Below the pieces are notes generated by a model. It was not told where the DNA came from. It worked only from the letters and a program-made list of their open reading frames with translations, and did not search any database. Made by a program: the position numbers and the translations under genes. Positions 1 to 8,407 of a stretch of 37,662 bases of DNA are shown in pieces. Positions within the stretch are counted from its first letter, which is position 1. Each line of letters opens with the position of its first letter. Where the stretch lies: positions 1 to 37,662 of the forward strand of contig JAULUX010000010.1 of the NCBI GenBank assembly GCA_032111385.1, read 5' to 3'. This stretch comes from Bacteroidia bacterium. GTDB taxonomy: Bacteria > Bacteroidota > Bacteroidia > AKYH767-A > OLB10.

Positions 1-153
1 CACATCATTGAGTTTCTCGACAAGATTATGCCCCTTCCCGATCACCCTTCCGTTTGAAACAACCACTGCCCCAACAGGAACCTCATCCATTTCATATGCT
101 TTCATGGCCTCCATGATGGCATACCGCATGAAAAAATCATCGTCGAGCAGCAT
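1..153 (-). CDS. tadA: tRNA-specific adenosine deaminase (CMP/dCMP deaminase fold). N-terminal 51 codons only; the gene runs off the left edge.
   Basis: My own reverse-strand translation from the ATG at 153-151 gives MLLDDDFFMRYAIMEAMKAYEMDEVPVGAVVVSNGRVIGKGHNLVEKLNDV. This is the typical TadA N-terminus (EVPVGAV..G.N) just upstream of the HAE zinc motif, which lies outside the window. It is absent from the ORF track because it is truncated. Confidence 0.75.
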   Translation of the reverse strand, partial: MLLDDDFFMRYAIMEAMKAYEMDEVPVGAVVVSNGRVIGKGHNLVEKLNDV

Positions 154-287
154 GTGGCGAAGGTAAGCAGACAATCGCTCATCGACGACTCACACTGCCT
201 TCACAAAGAAGAAAGGGTTTCCAACATAGGCATTGTTGATTCATTTCTAAAAGCGTACCGTAGCCCTACACCATACCGGAGCTACCT

Positions 288-773
288 TTGAGGGTGGCTA
301 AAAAACAGTCCTTCACGCTCGATTTTACACCGGATTTAGACTTCACGGTGATAGCGATTTTCTCGTCACTGCGTGACTTCAAACTTTGCTTCCAATTGAA
401 CAACCTGCTGGGGTTATCCATGGTCAGGCAACCTGACCTTGAGCTTATTCTTGACAAAAAAGGTTCCACCGGCATGTTCACCCGTTTTTTTTTCCTGAGC
501 GAAGACGAAGAGGAATTCTACTTGATTGCAAACCGGGGATCCAACGGCCACTTTATTCCTGAAGTAAAACATGCAGATTATTTCCTGGTCATCAAAAACC
601 GTGGAAGGTACACCTCCGAAAGCGTAGTGCTCCGTCAGATACAATCCATCAGGAACGTCAGCAGTGCCATGCCGCTTAAAACGGATGAGCTGACTTCAAT
701 TGAAAACTTTCTGTTATTGGAACCCGTTGTTGAAAAGGAGAAGACGAAACAGAGCATCCCCCCAATCCTATGA
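288..773 (+). CDS. IPExxxVDY family protein (Bacteroidota-specific, function unknown)
   Basis: 161 aa ORF containing FIPEVKHADYFLVI, which matches the family-defining IPExxxxDY signature, plus the conserved FSSLRDFKLCFQLN segment. The track start at 288 is TTG; GTG at 294 is an alternative. The stop overlaps the pyk ATG (ATGA at 770-773). Confidence 0.75.
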   Translation: MRVAKKQSFTLDFTPDLDFTVIAIFSSLRDFKLCFQLNNLLGLSMVRQPDLELILDKKGSTGMFTRFFFLSEDEEEFYLIANRGSNGHFIPEVKHADYFLVIKNRGRYTSESVVLRQIQSIRNVSSAMPLKTDELTSIENFLLLEPVVEKEKTKQSIPPIL

Positions 774-2206
774 GCATAGTGAACCACAACCGCACAAAGA
801 TCATCGCCACCATCGGTCCGGCCAGCATGGACCGCAATACGCTTCGTGAGATGATCCTGGCAGGGATGGATGTGGCGAGAATCAACAGCTCGCACGGAGA
901 CCATGTCATGATGGCCTCGGTCATCAACACGATCCGTTCATTGAACGAAGAACTGGGCGCCCATGTGGCCATCCTTTTCGACTTGCAGGGACCGAAGATT
1001 CGCATAGGCGACCTACTGGAAAAAGACATCGTACTGAAGGAAGGTGCGACTTTCATCCTCAACCAGCATGAAGTTCCGGGAAGCGCAGGCGAGGTATATA
1101 TCAAGTATCCCCATTTCCACCAAGACGTTCGGGTAGGCGATATCGTATTGGTGGATGACGGTAAAATCAAACTGGAAGTCAAGGAGATCCTGAGCGATGA
1201 GCGGGTAAGCACCGTGGTCGTCCATGGAGGACCCCTCAGCTCCCGCAAGGGCGTCAATCTTCCCGACACTCCGATCTCTCTCCCAAGCCTCACCGAAAAA
1301 GACAGGCACGACCTGGATTTCGCACTCATGCACGATGTGGAATGGATAGGACTTTCTTTCGTCAGAAAAGCCGAGGATGTTCTTGAATTGAAATCCATCA
1401 TCAAAGCCGCAGACAAAGGCGCACGCGTAGTGGCCAAAATCGAAAAGCCGGAGGCAGTTCTCAACATCGACGCCGTTATAGACGCCTGCGACGGGATCAT
1501 GGTGGCACGGGGCGACCTCGGGGTCGAAATGCCCATGGAAAAAGTGCCGGTCATCCAGAAGCGTATTGTCAGAAAATGCAATGTGTCCGCGAAGCCGGTC
1601 ATCATCGCCACGCAGATGATGGAAAGCATGATCACCAATTACCGCCCCACCCGCGCCGAGGCCAACGATGTCGGCAATGCGGTTTTTGATGGAGCGGATG
1701 CCTTGATGCTGAGTGCGGAAACATCCGTCGGTGTTTATCCGGTAGAAACGGTCTCCGCCATGCAGCGGATCATCACCGAGGTGGAGATGGAAGACTCGAT
1801 CTATTTCCGGGAACACTCGCCTTCTCCCGGTGCGAAGAATTTCATTCCGGACAACATCTGCTATCTTTCATCGGTGATGGCCCGACAATCGAATGCTGAG
1901 GCCATCGTAGCGATGACCCACTCGGGGATGACCGCATTCAAAATCGCCTCTCACAGGCCCAAGGCTGCGATCTACATTTTCACCGACAACAAGCCCATCC
2001 TGAACACCCTGAATCTGGTTTGGGGCATTCGCGGCTTCTTTTATGACAAATACGAAAGCACGGACACCACCTTTGCAGACATCCGAAAGCACCTTGTCGA
2101 TGCCGGCTTTTTGAAAGAAGGAGATTACATGATCCATATCGCTTCGACTCCAATCCACGAACGCGCAACCGCAAACACCATCAAGCTGGCTCGGATCGGA
2201 GCCTGA
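770..2206 (+). CDS. pyk: pyruvate kinase
   Basis: 478 aa with classic motifs: TKIIATIGPAS, ARINSSHG, DLQGPKIR, IAKIE.PEAV, MVARGDLGVE and ATQMMESM. Confidence 0.95.
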   Translation: MSIVNHNRTKIIATIGPASMDRNTLREMILAGMDVARINSSHGDHVMMASVINTIRSLNEELGAHVAILFDLQGPKIRIGDLLEKDIVLKEGATFILNQHEVPGSAGEVYIKYPHFHQDVRVGDIVLVDDGKIKLEVKEILSDERVSTVVVHGGPLSSRKGVNLPDTPISLPSLTEKDRHDLDFALMHDVEWIGLSFVRKAEDVLELKSIIKAADKGARVVAKIEKPEAVLNIDAVIDACDGIMVARGDLGVEMPMEKVPVIQKRIVRKCNVSAKPVIIATQMMESMITNYRPTRAEANDVGNAVFDGADALMLSAETSVGVYPVETVSAMQRIITEVEMEDSIYFREHSPSPGAKNFIPDNICYLSSVMARQSNAEAIVAMTHSGMTAFKIASHRPKAAIYIFTDNKPILNTLNLVWGIRGFFYDKYESTDTTFADIRKHLVDAGFLKEGDYMIHIASTPIHERATANTIKLARIGA

Positions 2207-2235
2207 ATCACAACTGAATCCAACCTATACTCCAA

Positions 2236-3282
2236 ATGAACATCAACCTGCTGAAAACCATCTGTGAAACACCCGGTGCGCCCGGCTACGAAGGTCCTAT
2301 CCGCGAAATCATCCTCAAAGAAATCAAGGGTCTTTGTGATGAAGTGAACATCGACAAAATGGGCAATGTAACGGCCTTGCGCAGGGGAAAAGCAAGAACC
2401 AAGGTGATGTCCGCCGCGCACATGGACGAGATCGGTTTCATCGTGAGCCATATCGACGACAAGGGGTTTCTACGCTTCCACCCATTGGGTGGATTCGATC
2501 CGAAAACACTCACAGCACAGCGGGTGATCGTACATGGCAAAGAAGATCTCGTGGGGGTGATGGGGTCAAAGCCCATTCATCTGATGACCCCGGAGGAACG
2601 CAATAAAGCGCCGCAGATCGGTGATTATTTCATCGACCTCGGTTTGCCGAAGTCGAAAGTCGCAAAGCTGGTTCATGTAGGTGCTTCTGTCACCCGACAA
2701 AGCGAGTTGATCGAAATGGGAAATTGCGTCAACTGCAAATCCATCGATAACCGTGTATCGGTTTTCATCCTGATCGAAGCGTTGCGGAAGTTGAAAGGCA
2801 ATATCCCGTATGATTTTTATGCCTGCTTCACGGTTCAGGAGGAAGTCGGATTGCGCGGAGCTTCGGTCGCCGCACACCACATCGAACCGGATTTTGGCAT
2901 CAACCTCGATACGACAATCGCCTTCGACACACCGGGTGCACGCCCGCACGAGATGGTGACCGAACTCGGCAAAGGCGCAGGTATCAAGATCATGGATTCC
3001 AGCACCATCTGCGACACCCGTATGGTTCAATTCCTTCAAAAGACGGCGGACAAGCACAAGATCAAATGGCAGACCGAGATCCTGCCTGCAGGTGGCACCG
3101 ACACCGCCGGTCTTCAGCGCAACGGGAAAACCGGTGCCATAGCCGGCGCAATCAGTATTCCGACACGACATATCCATCAGGCTATTGAAATGGCGGATAA
3201 GACGGATATCCAGAACTGCATCGACCTGTTGAGCCATTCAGTGAAGGAAATCCATTCTTTCAACTGGCATCCCTGGAAATAG
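2236..3282 (+). CDS. M42 family metallopeptidase (glutamyl aminopeptidase / FrvX-like)
   Basis: 348 aa. Contains PGAPGYE near the N-terminus, AAHMDEIGF, SIDNRV, VQEEVGLRGA and IPTRHIHQ, the typical M42 metal-ligand blocks. Confidence 0.85.
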   Translation: MNINLLKTICETPGAPGYEGPIREIILKEIKGLCDEVNIDKMGNVTALRRGKARTKVMSAAHMDEIGFIVSHIDDKGFLRFHPLGGFDPKTLTAQRVIVHGKEDLVGVMGSKPIHLMTPEERNKAPQIGDYFIDLGLPKSKVAKLVHVGASVTRQSELIEMGNCVNCKSIDNRVSVFILIEALRKLKGNIPYDFYACFTVQEEVGLRGASVAAHHIEPDFGINLDTTIAFDTPGARPHEMVTELGKGAGIKIMDSSTICDTRMVQFLQKTADKHKIKWQTEILPAGGTDTAGLQRNGKTGAIAGAISIPTRHIHQAIEMADKTDIQNCIDLLSHSVKEIHSFNWHPWK

Positions 3283-3384
3283 GCGCTTACAGCCGCGGAT
3301 CTTCCAGCACCGGATAATCCGGGAAATCCTTGACCTACCGAAGGCACCTTCGGACGTGTTGCCTATATTCACGTTTGAGTTCCC

Positions 3385-5328
3385 ATGAAAAACAGCCTTC
3401 GCGTACTGACCGGCCTGCTGGTAATTGTCATTTTGATCCGATTCGCCCAAATCGGTAATACGAAATCTGCATACCATTCGCCTGAGGAGATTTCTTTTTT
3501 CCAGACGCATTTCAGACCGCCTCTTGATTCCGGAGAGTATTTTTCCCTGCCACAGAATTGCCGGGGGTGCCACGGTTTCGACACTTTAGGACTTGCGAAT
3601 GTAGATGCGAGCGGGATGGACGTAAACCTGTACGACGATTGGGAGACTTCCATGATGGGCTTGTCCGGCGTCGACCCGCTCTGGAAAGCCAAAGTGAGCC
3701 ATGAGATCCTTGTGAACCCTTCGCATGCCAATGAATTGCAGACACTTTGCACCTCCTGCCACGCGCCTTTGGGTCACTACGATGCTTTTTACAAAGGGCA
3801 AACCCACTACACACTGGCCGACCTGGCGACCGACTCCCTGGGGCAATCCGGTGTATCGTGCCATTCCTGCCACGGCATAGCGGATTCATCCACGCTCGGA
3901 CAGCTTTTCACGGGGCAAATCCCCTACGACACCAACCGCATGATCTACGGACCTTTCCCTCAACCCATGGCAGGTCCCATGCAGCTTTACGTTGGTCTCA
4001 CCCCAGCCGAAGGGCTGCATTTGAGCGAAAGCAAGGCTTGCTCCCCTTGCCACACGCTGATTACGGAAACAGCCGACCTCAGTGGCAATGCGACCGGAAA
4101 CTTCTTTGTTGAACAAGCCACCTACCACGAATTCCTGAACTCAGCTTATCCGGCGAATGGACAATCCTGCCAAAGCTGTCACATGCCGGAGATCGAAGAC
4201 CCGGTCAAGATCGCAAACGGTTACACGGCTATTCCGGGAAGGACCCCATACAACCTGCACTCTTTCGCGGGCGCGAATCAGTTCATGGTTCAGTTGATCA
4301 AAGACAACAAGAGCCGTCTAGGCATAAACGCGCCGGACAAGAATTTCGACTCGACGCTGGCTGCAATCACCAGGTTGCTGAAGGAAAACACCCTGGACAT
4401 TGAAACTGCTTTCGATTCCATTGGAACGATGGCGGACACGGCCTCTTTTCAGGTAAAACTGACCAACAAAGCCGGACACAAATTTCCAAGCGGATATCCC
4501 GCCCGCCGTGCTGTTTTGCAATTCATCGTACTAAAGTCCAATGGTGACACCCTGTTCAAATCAGGACTATTCGACAACGACTTCGAAGTCATTCCCACAC
4601 CCAATCCCTATAATCCTCACTACGATACGATCAATTCTTCGCAGCAAACCCAGATCTACGAAATGGTGATGGGAGACATCAACGGCGACAAGACCACTGT
4701 GCTTGAGCGCGGCTATTCTCACCTAAAAGACAACCGAATCCCTCCCCTCGGCTTCACCGATCTGCACCCTGCTTACGACACCTGCAAAATTTACGGACAA
4801 GCCTTGAACGATCCGGATTTCAACCTGAATGCAGGTACGCAAGGAAGCGGAAGAGACATTGTGCATTACCGGGTTCCTCTTCAAGGTTATTCCGGACAAT
4901 TGAAAGTCATGGCACGGATGTACTACCAGGCCGTTCCTCCGGGTTGGTTGTCTGAAATGCGAACATTCAGCTCGGCCGAAATCGATACCTTCCTCAACAT
5001 GTTCGACCAGGCCGACAGATCACCGTTCCTGGTCGGGTCTGATTCGTTGCTGGTTCAGGTGGCTACCACCGAATTGAATGAGAACCCCGATGACGCACCC
5101 TTTTTAGTCGGGCCCAGTCCGAACCGGGACGGGATCCTGTTCCTTCGGAACATCCCTGAAGGAGCTAATCTGCAGCTGTTTAGCTCTGCCGGAAAAGCCA
5201 TTCCGGTGAACATCATGACCAACGCCGGCCGCTCTGTGATGCGCCTCCCCGATACTGCCGGAATTTATTATCTTGTGGCCTCTACCGGGCAACAGAAACT
5301 TATCCGGAAAATCATCCGAATCCCATAA
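3385..5328 (+). CDS. secreted multiheme (5 x CxxCH) c-type cytochrome with a T9SS type A C-terminal sorting domain
   Basis: 647 aa with a hydrophobic N-terminal signal or anchor (LTGLLVIVILIRFAQ). It has five heme-c motifs: CRGCH, CTSCH, CHSCH, CSPCH and CQSCH. The C-terminal ~75 aa (SPNRDGILFLRN...LQLFSSAGK...GIYYLVAS...KIIRIP) fit the T9SS CTD pattern. Confidence 0.8.
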   Translation: MKNSLRVLTGLLVIVILIRFAQIGNTKSAYHSPEEISFFQTHFRPPLDSGEYFSLPQNCRGCHGFDTLGLANVDASGMDVNLYDDWETSMMGLSGVDPLWKAKVSHEILVNPSHANELQTLCTSCHAPLGHYDAFYKGQTHYTLADLATDSLGQSGVSCHSCHGIADSSTLGQLFTGQIPYDTNRMIYGPFPQPMAGPMQLYVGLTPAEGLHLSESKACSPCHTLITETADLSGNATGNFFVEQATYHEFLNSAYPANGQSCQSCHMPEIEDPVKIANGYTAIPGRTPYNLHSFAGANQFMVQLIKDNKSRLGINAPDKNFDSTLAAITRLLKENTLDIETAFDSIGTMADTASFQVKLTNKAGHKFPSGYPARRAVLQFIVLKSNGDTLFKSGLFDNDFEVIPTPNPYNPHYDTINSSQQTQIYEMVMGDINGDKTTVLERGYSHLKDNRIPPLGFTDLHPAYDTCKIYGQALNDPDFNLNAGTQGSGRDIVHYRVPLQGYSGQLKVMARMYYQAVPPGWLSEMRTFSSAEIDTFLNMFDQADRSPFLVGSDSLLVQVATTELNENPDDAPFLVGPSPNRDGILFLRNIPEGANLQLFSSAGKAIPVNIMTNAGRSVMRLPDTAGIYYLVASTGQQKLIRKIIRIP

Positions 5329-5347
5329 ACCACAACCCCAACTTCGC

Positions 5348-8206
5348 ATGAAAAAACACTACGCTGTCATGGTGGTTCTCTCGCTATTGGTCACCACGGT
5401 GATCCAGGCCCAGGGACTGCGTTTCGCGAACAAGAACAGTAAACTCACCACCACCGCTTTCCACAGCGGATGTCCGGTAACCATAGTCGACTGGAACGGT
5501 GATGGCCTCGATGACATCATCCGCCTGGATGCAGGTCGTCATGCCTATGTGGAAGTGCAACGCACCAATGCCACTTTCCAAAGCCTCTTCATCGGTAGTT
5601 TCTCCACCGGCACCAGCGGAAGTTGGGCCTGGGCGATGTGTACCGCCGACCTGGACAAGAACGGCTACCTCGACATCATAGCGGGAAGCAGTTCATCGCT
5701 GCGCCTGATCATGACCGACGCCAACGGAATGATGGGGACCATGACCACCTTGTCCACCTCGAACTTCTTTGTTCAAAACCTCACCTGCGGGGACTTCAAC
5801 AACGACGGATGGATCGACCTTTTCGCCTGCGATGACAATGCGATGAGCCACATCTACCTGAATAACGGTACAGGTGCCCTTAGTGAATCATTCACCACTA
5901 TGAACTTCGACGTGACGGGCACGGATGATTCCGGAAACTACGGGAGTCTCTTTTCTGATTTCGACAATGACGGAGACCTGGATCTTTACATCGCCAAATG
6001 CCGTCAAGGCGTAACCAGCCCTACCGATGGACGACGCATCAATGTCCTCTTCGTCAATGATGGCAACAATAACTACACTGAAGCTGCAGCCACCTATGGA
6101 TTAGACATCGGCTGGCAGACCTGGACGGCCTCATTCGGTGACATCGACAACGACGGAGATTTCGACGCCCTGATCACCAACCACGACCACGAGAGCCAGA
6201 TCCTCGAGAACGATGGAACAGGACACTTCACCGACATCACCGCATCGACAGGCTTCGACATCACCGACATCACTCCGATCCAAAGTGTGATCGAAGATTT
6301 CGACAATGACGGATTTGCAGACCTTTTCATCACGGGATCGAACAGCCGTTTTTACCGGAACAACGGCAACAAGACTTTCACACGGATCGAAGGACTCTTC
6401 AATACCAACAAAATGTCATCCTTCGCTATTGGCGATCTGAACCATGACGGCAAGATCGACATCTACGGAAGCTATGCAACGCTTTACACGAATCCATCAT
6501 CCGTTGACGATGTCATATGGATGAACAATTCACGTAACGACAACCATTTTTTAAATCTACACCTCACCGGAACCCAAAGCAACAAAGGTGCGATCGGCAC
6601 GCGTGCATTCCTGTATCATAACGGTGTCGTGCAGACGCGTGAAGTGCGCTCCGGTGAAAGCTACGGAGCTGTCAATTCCGCCATGCTCCATTTCGGACTC
6701 GGAACCAACGCACTCATCGACTCCGTCGTGGTTCGATTCCCGAGCGGAATCACGCAGACGCTTGTCAATCCCCAGGCAGACCAATTCATCCACATTATCG
6801 AAAACGATTGTGTATCGCCCTACTCCGGCCTCACCTACACACAACCAGCCCCGGTGATCTGTACCGGGAACACAGAAACCCTTAATGCTCCTACCGGCTT
6901 CTCTTATCTCTGGAGCGACAACTCCACCGGCCCTTCACTGAATATCACCATCGGAGGCGAGTACAACGTGCTGGTCAGCACGCCGGGCAACAATTGCTCC
7001 TCGCTATCCCCCACGTGGATCGTTGAAGAAAATCCCGATCAAACGCCGGTCATCACCGCTGATGCAGAAACTGAATTTTGCAATGGAGGTTCGGTCAACC
7101 TGATTTCCGATGCCTATGGAATAAGCTCCTTTACCTGGAGCAACGGAGGGAACAGTGCCAACACCACAGTTGGCCAATCCGGTGCTTATACACTAACCGT
7201 CCAGGGTTACTGCGGCACATTCGTATCCAACAGTATTTCCGTAACCGCTCACATCATTCCAGACCCTGTTGCAAGCAATGTCAGCATCCCCACGCCGGGT
7301 CCTGCAACACTGACTGCAACAGGCACAAACATCCTTTGGTACGATGACGTCAATGCCACTACGCCAATCGGTACTGGCAGCACGTTCGTCACTCCGGCCA
7401 TCTCCGGGTCGGAAACCTATTGGGCTGAAAACAACGAAAACTACAATGGAGGAACATTCGCCACCGGCCAGGCCGTTCACGGAGGTTCCACATCCTACAG
7501 TCCATCCGGCAACACCAATGCAGTGACCTATTTCGATGTTGCCAAACCATGTACATTGAAGACAGTAAAAGTCTACACGGACACTCCCGGCATGCGCCGC
7601 TTCGAGCTTCGCGACAGCCAGGACAACCTGCTGCAGTATGCCGATGTGATGGTGAATCCCGATACACAGATTGTGGCTCTGAATTTCGTACTTACTCCGG
7701 GTACTGATTACAACCTGGGCACTTCGGACAGCCTAAACCTGCTGATTGCAGGCTGGAATCAGCCCGGCCCCAGATTCAAACGCAATTCCATGAGCAGTGC
7801 ATTGCCGTATCCCTATGTTATTCAGAACGGATTAACCATTACCGGCAATTCCTTCGGCAACCAATACTTCTTCTATTTCTACGATTGGAACGTGGAGTTG
7901 ACCGGACTGACCTGTTACAGCAACCGTGTACCCGTAATCGCCTCAGTCACTACCGGCATAGGCACGGTCACTTCTCAGGCAATCGGCGTGTATCCCAACC
8001 CTGCAGAAGATATCCTGTTCATCCGCAACGATCTGAATCAACCAATGCGCCTTCGCATGGCAGATGCAACAGGCCGACTCATCATGGATCGTCAACTGGA
8101 CGCGCAGCAACGCAGCATGTCTGTCAGCCAACTTTCTTCCGGGGTATACAGCATTGAACTGCTGTCCGGCGAATCGCTCCTCCGCGACAAGATGATCATC
8201 CGCTAA
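5348..8206 (+). CDS. FG-GAP/VCBS repeat plus ASPIC/UnbV domain protein (CRTAC1-like) with Ig-like modules and a T9SS type A C-terminal sorting domain
   Basis: I place the start at the internal ATG 5348 (MKKHYAVMVVLSLLVTTVIQAQ, a clean signal peptide) rather than the track start at 5273, which overlaps the upstream gene. There are repeated DxNxDGxxD calcium-type FG-GAP motifs (DWNGDGLDD, DFNNDGWID, DFDNDGDLD, DIDNDGDFD, DFDNDGFAD, DLNHDGKID). An UnbV/ASPIC block follows (GAIGTRAFLY...REVRSGESYGAVNSAMLHFGLG). The C-terminus (GVYPNPAEDILFI...SGVYSIELL) is T9SS CTD-like. Confidence 0.85.
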   Translation: MKKHYAVMVVLSLLVTTVIQAQGLRFANKNSKLTTTAFHSGCPVTIVDWNGDGLDDIIRLDAGRHAYVEVQRTNATFQSLFIGSFSTGTSGSWAWAMCTADLDKNGYLDIIAGSSSSLRLIMTDANGMMGTMTTLSTSNFFVQNLTCGDFNNDGWIDLFACDDNAMSHIYLNNGTGALSESFTTMNFDVTGTDDSGNYGSLFSDFDNDGDLDLYIAKCRQGVTSPTDGRRINVLFVNDGNNNYTEAAATYGLDIGWQTWTASFGDIDNDGDFDALITNHDHESQILENDGTGHFTDITASTGFDITDITPIQSVIEDFDNDGFADLFITGSNSRFYRNNGNKTFTRIEGLFNTNKMSSFAIGDLNHDGKIDIYGSYATLYTNPSSVDDVIWMNNSRNDNHFLNLHLTGTQSNKGAIGTRAFLYHNGVVQTREVRSGESYGAVNSAMLHFGLGTNALIDSVVVRFPSGITQTLVNPQADQFIHIIENDCVSPYSGLTYTQPAPVICTGNTETLNAPTGFSYLWSDNSTGPSLNITIGGEYNVLVSTPGNNCSSLSPTWIVEENPDQTPVITADAETEFCNGGSVNLISDAYGISSFTWSNGGNSANTTVGQSGAYTLTVQGYCGTFVSNSISVTAHIIPDPVASNVSIPTPGPATLTATGTNILWYDDVNATTPIGTGSTFVTPAISGSETYWAENNENYNGGTFATGQAVHGGSTSYSPSGNTNAVTYFDVAKPCTLKTVKVYTDTPGMRRFELRDSQDNLLQYADVMVNPDTQIVALNFVLTPGTDYNLGTSDSLNLLIAGWNQPGPRFKRNSMSSALPYPYVIQNGLTITGNSFGNQYFFYFYDWNVELTGLTCYSNRVPVIASVTTGIGTVTSQAIGVYPNPAEDILFIRNDLNQPMRLRMADATGRLIMDRQLDAQQRSMSVSQLSSGVYSIELLSGESLLRDKMIIR

Positions 8207-8229
8207 ACACTTTAGAACTTAATCCTAAA

Positions 8230-8258
8230 GCCGCTCTGACATTCAGGGCGGCTTTTTT
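8230..8258 (+). terminator. Rho-independent terminator after the FG-GAP gene
   Basis: GCCGCTCTG / CAGGGCGGC forms a 9-bp stem (one G-U pair) with the 5-nt loop ACATT. TTTTTT follows directly at 8253-8258, 24 nt after the stop at 8206. An A-run on the 5' side gives partial bidirectional character. Confidence 0.8.
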
Positions 8259-8407
8259 ATTGGCCAAACACGACAAGAATTGTTGACTCCTGACCAATCA
8301 GCATGTTGAACTTTGGGTCCCGCTTAAAGGGGGAAATCAGGAACTGAAAGGCAAAAAAAGGCTGAGCTGAATCAAGAATTGAGAAGTGGCACCTCTTTGA
8401 CATCAAC

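Noticed and set aside
676-1816. Long antisense ORFs (320 aa at 676-1638 and 267 aa at 1013-1816) opposite pyruvate kinase
   Set aside because: They lie entirely inside a gene with unmistakable pyk motifs. Their translations are low-complexity (Ser/Arg/Thr-rich or His/Asp/Gly-rich) with no recognisable domains. This is typical of stop-poor antisense frames in highly expressed genes.
2566-3237. 223 aa ORF antisense to the M42 peptidase gene
   Set aside because: Same reasoning: it is embedded in a confidently called gene and has no recognisable features.
3311-3355. Small hairpins (CCGGA-TAA-TCCGG and CCGAAG-GCAC-CTTCGG) after the M42 peptidase gene as possible terminators
   Set aside because: The stems are short and no U-tract follows, so I cannot support a terminator call from sequence alone.
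5273-5347. N-terminal extension of the FG-GAP gene overlapping the end of the cytochrome gene
   Set aside because: The internal ATG at 5348 gives a textbook signal peptide directly. The 25 upstream codons merely read through the CTD-coding end of the previous gene.
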